The notes beneath the pieces are model-generated. The model was given only the letters and a program-made list of their open reading frames with translations, ran no database searches and was not told the origin of the DNA. Position numbers and translations under genes: made by a program. Shown piece by piece: positions 62,409-64,000 of a DNA stretch of 64,000 nucleotides (position 1 is the stretch's first letter; the number at the start of each line of letters is the position of its first letter). Source of the stretch: Emiliania huxleyi CCMP1516 (lineage: Eukaryota); the NCBI RefSeq assembly GCF_000372725.1, contig NW_005201551.1, positions 218,520 through 282,519 of the forward strand, written 5' to 3'.

Positions 62409-64000
62409 ATGCATGCTGCATGCACTCAACTTCACATCCAGTCAACGCTCTCCCCAGGCCTCGCCACGCTCGCCCTCGCCCTCTCCATCGCGTGCGCGGG
62501 CCTCCTCCACTTCTTCGGCCGCGCGATGCGACGGCGGCGCGGCCCTCGCTCTTCCGAGGCGCGGAGGCGGCGCAAGGCAAAAGCCTTGCTAGGAGATTGC
62601 ACGAGATTGCACGAGATTGCACGAGATTGCATGATACAAAAGCCTTGCTTGGCGGCGACGGAGCCACCGTGCGTGGTTCTTTGCTAATGAGCTAGAGGTT
62701 TGAGTGGCTCCTTAGGCTACTCGTCTGGTGGCGAAGGCGCGCCGCTGCGGCAGCAGTGACCCTCTGTGTGAACGGCGCCTCTTCACACCGCCAGCTGTGA
62801 GCAGGTGTGTACCGCGTGCTGGCGGCGTCCTAATGAATCATTCCGTACTCTCATCATCGAGTAACAATTAATTAGGCGCACCGCGTGTTGGCGGCGGGCG
62901 ACGCGGCTGCTGCTCCCCCGGCGGTGCCAGAGTGGCAGAGCGGTGTGGTTGCTATTGGCGCGTTGGCCGCGGGCGGCGGCGCCCCCCCCACTCTCGTCGG
63001 CACCGGGTTTGTGGTCTACCTTCCGCCGGCCGAGGAGGAGGTGGTTGCACGAGATTGCACGAGATTGCACCAGTCTGCGGCGAGATCGCACAAGATTGGA
63101 GCGAGATTGCACGGGATACGACGCGGGTAGTTTCTTCTTTTAGGCTGCGCGGACAGTCCCGGCGATGTGCAGTGGCGAGGGCGGCGGGGAGGGCGGCGGG
63201 GAGGGCGGCGCAGAGGGCGGCGGAAAAGGCGGCGGAAAAGGCGGCGGAAAGGGCGGCGGAAAGGGCGGCGTGGAGGCGGCGGGTTCGGTGGTGGTGGTGG
63301 CGGCGCATGCGGCTGAGGCTCCTGCGGTTGACGAGAGATGCGTGGAGGTGACCTGAGAGATTGCCCGAGATGATCCGAGGTTCTCCGAGATGATCCGAGA
63401 TTGCACGAGATGCTCCGAGATTCACAGGCAGGGTCGGGACGTGCAATCTCGTGCAATCTCGTGCAATCTCGTGCAATCTCGTGCAATCTCCTAGGCGGAC
63501 GCCATATGGGGAGATCTGGGGGAGGTATGGGGAGGTACGGGGAGATACGGGGAGATACGGGGAGATATTGGGAGATACGGGGAGGTATGGGGAGGTATGT
63601 GTGTCCTCTAGGCGGGCGCCGTGATCTCTACTTGCGCGCATGTGCTTGACGACATCCGGCAGCACGCCGCACACGCGCCGGCCGGCGCCGCCGCAGCGTC
63701 ACCGAGGCGAAGCACGCTTCTCGACCCATATGACCACGGCGAGCCTTACCCGAACCCGAACCCGAACCCGAACCCGAACCCTACCCCTACCCCTAACCCC
63801 AACCCTAACCCTAACCCCAACCCTACCCCTACCCCTACCCCCTAGTCCTATGCTTCTCGGCCCGTATGAACACGGCGTGGCGGTCCCACCGTCCACCCAC
63901 CGCCGACGACTCGGCTCGTACTCATCTGTCTCTGGCGCATCGATCACTCACCGCTCACGACTCGGCTCGTACTCATCTGTCTCTGGCGCATCGATCACTC
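62409..64000 (+). CDS. trypsin-like serine protease domain gene (multi-exon, runs off the window)
   Basis: Hydrophobic N-terminal segment; QSGVVAIG...LVGTGFVV (~62935-63015) and AVISTCAHVLD (~63618-63650) match the trypsin-like GTGF...TCAHV motifs; start uncertain. Confidence 0.6.
63747..63845 (-). repeat. telomere-like (CCCTAA/CCCGAA/CCCTAC)n tract, apparently intronic
   Basis: Direct reading. Confidence 0.8.

Noticed and set aside
63747..63845. True telomere
   Set aside because: Short, degenerate and internal to a gene-like region with sequence continuing beyond it

Overview
GC-rich eukaryotic genomic DNA with four N gaps. GC-AG introns, 10-11 bp intronic tandem repeats and TTAGGG-like tracts suggest a haptophyte such as Emiliania/Gephyrocapsa (inference only). 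Most six-frame ORFs are spurious; the real genes are split by short introns. The main feature is four paralogues (13038-14326 +, 41499-42780 -, 46852-48047 -, 53718-55110 +) encoding an MGC lipidation-type N-terminus, a HET/TIR-like domain and ribonuclease-inhibitor-type LRRs. Their scaffolds are near-identical but the exposed LRR codons are hypervariable, which resembles a diversifying immune-receptor family. Other spliced genes: an RRM-RWD-DUF4326 fusion, a NIPA-family Mg2+ transporter with a duplicated 3' half, an EEP/sphingomyelinase-like gene, an APH/homoserine-kinase-like gene with a duplicated 3' half, and a trypsin-like protease running off the end. Mobile DNA: a 4.75 kb CACTG-terminated element, two families of GGG-terminal MITEs, and three families of 5'-truncated retro-insertions with target-site duplications. 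Many introns begin with a degenerate copy of the next exon's start ('echo' introns). All gene models were spliced by eye and domain calls rest on motif recognition, not database searches.
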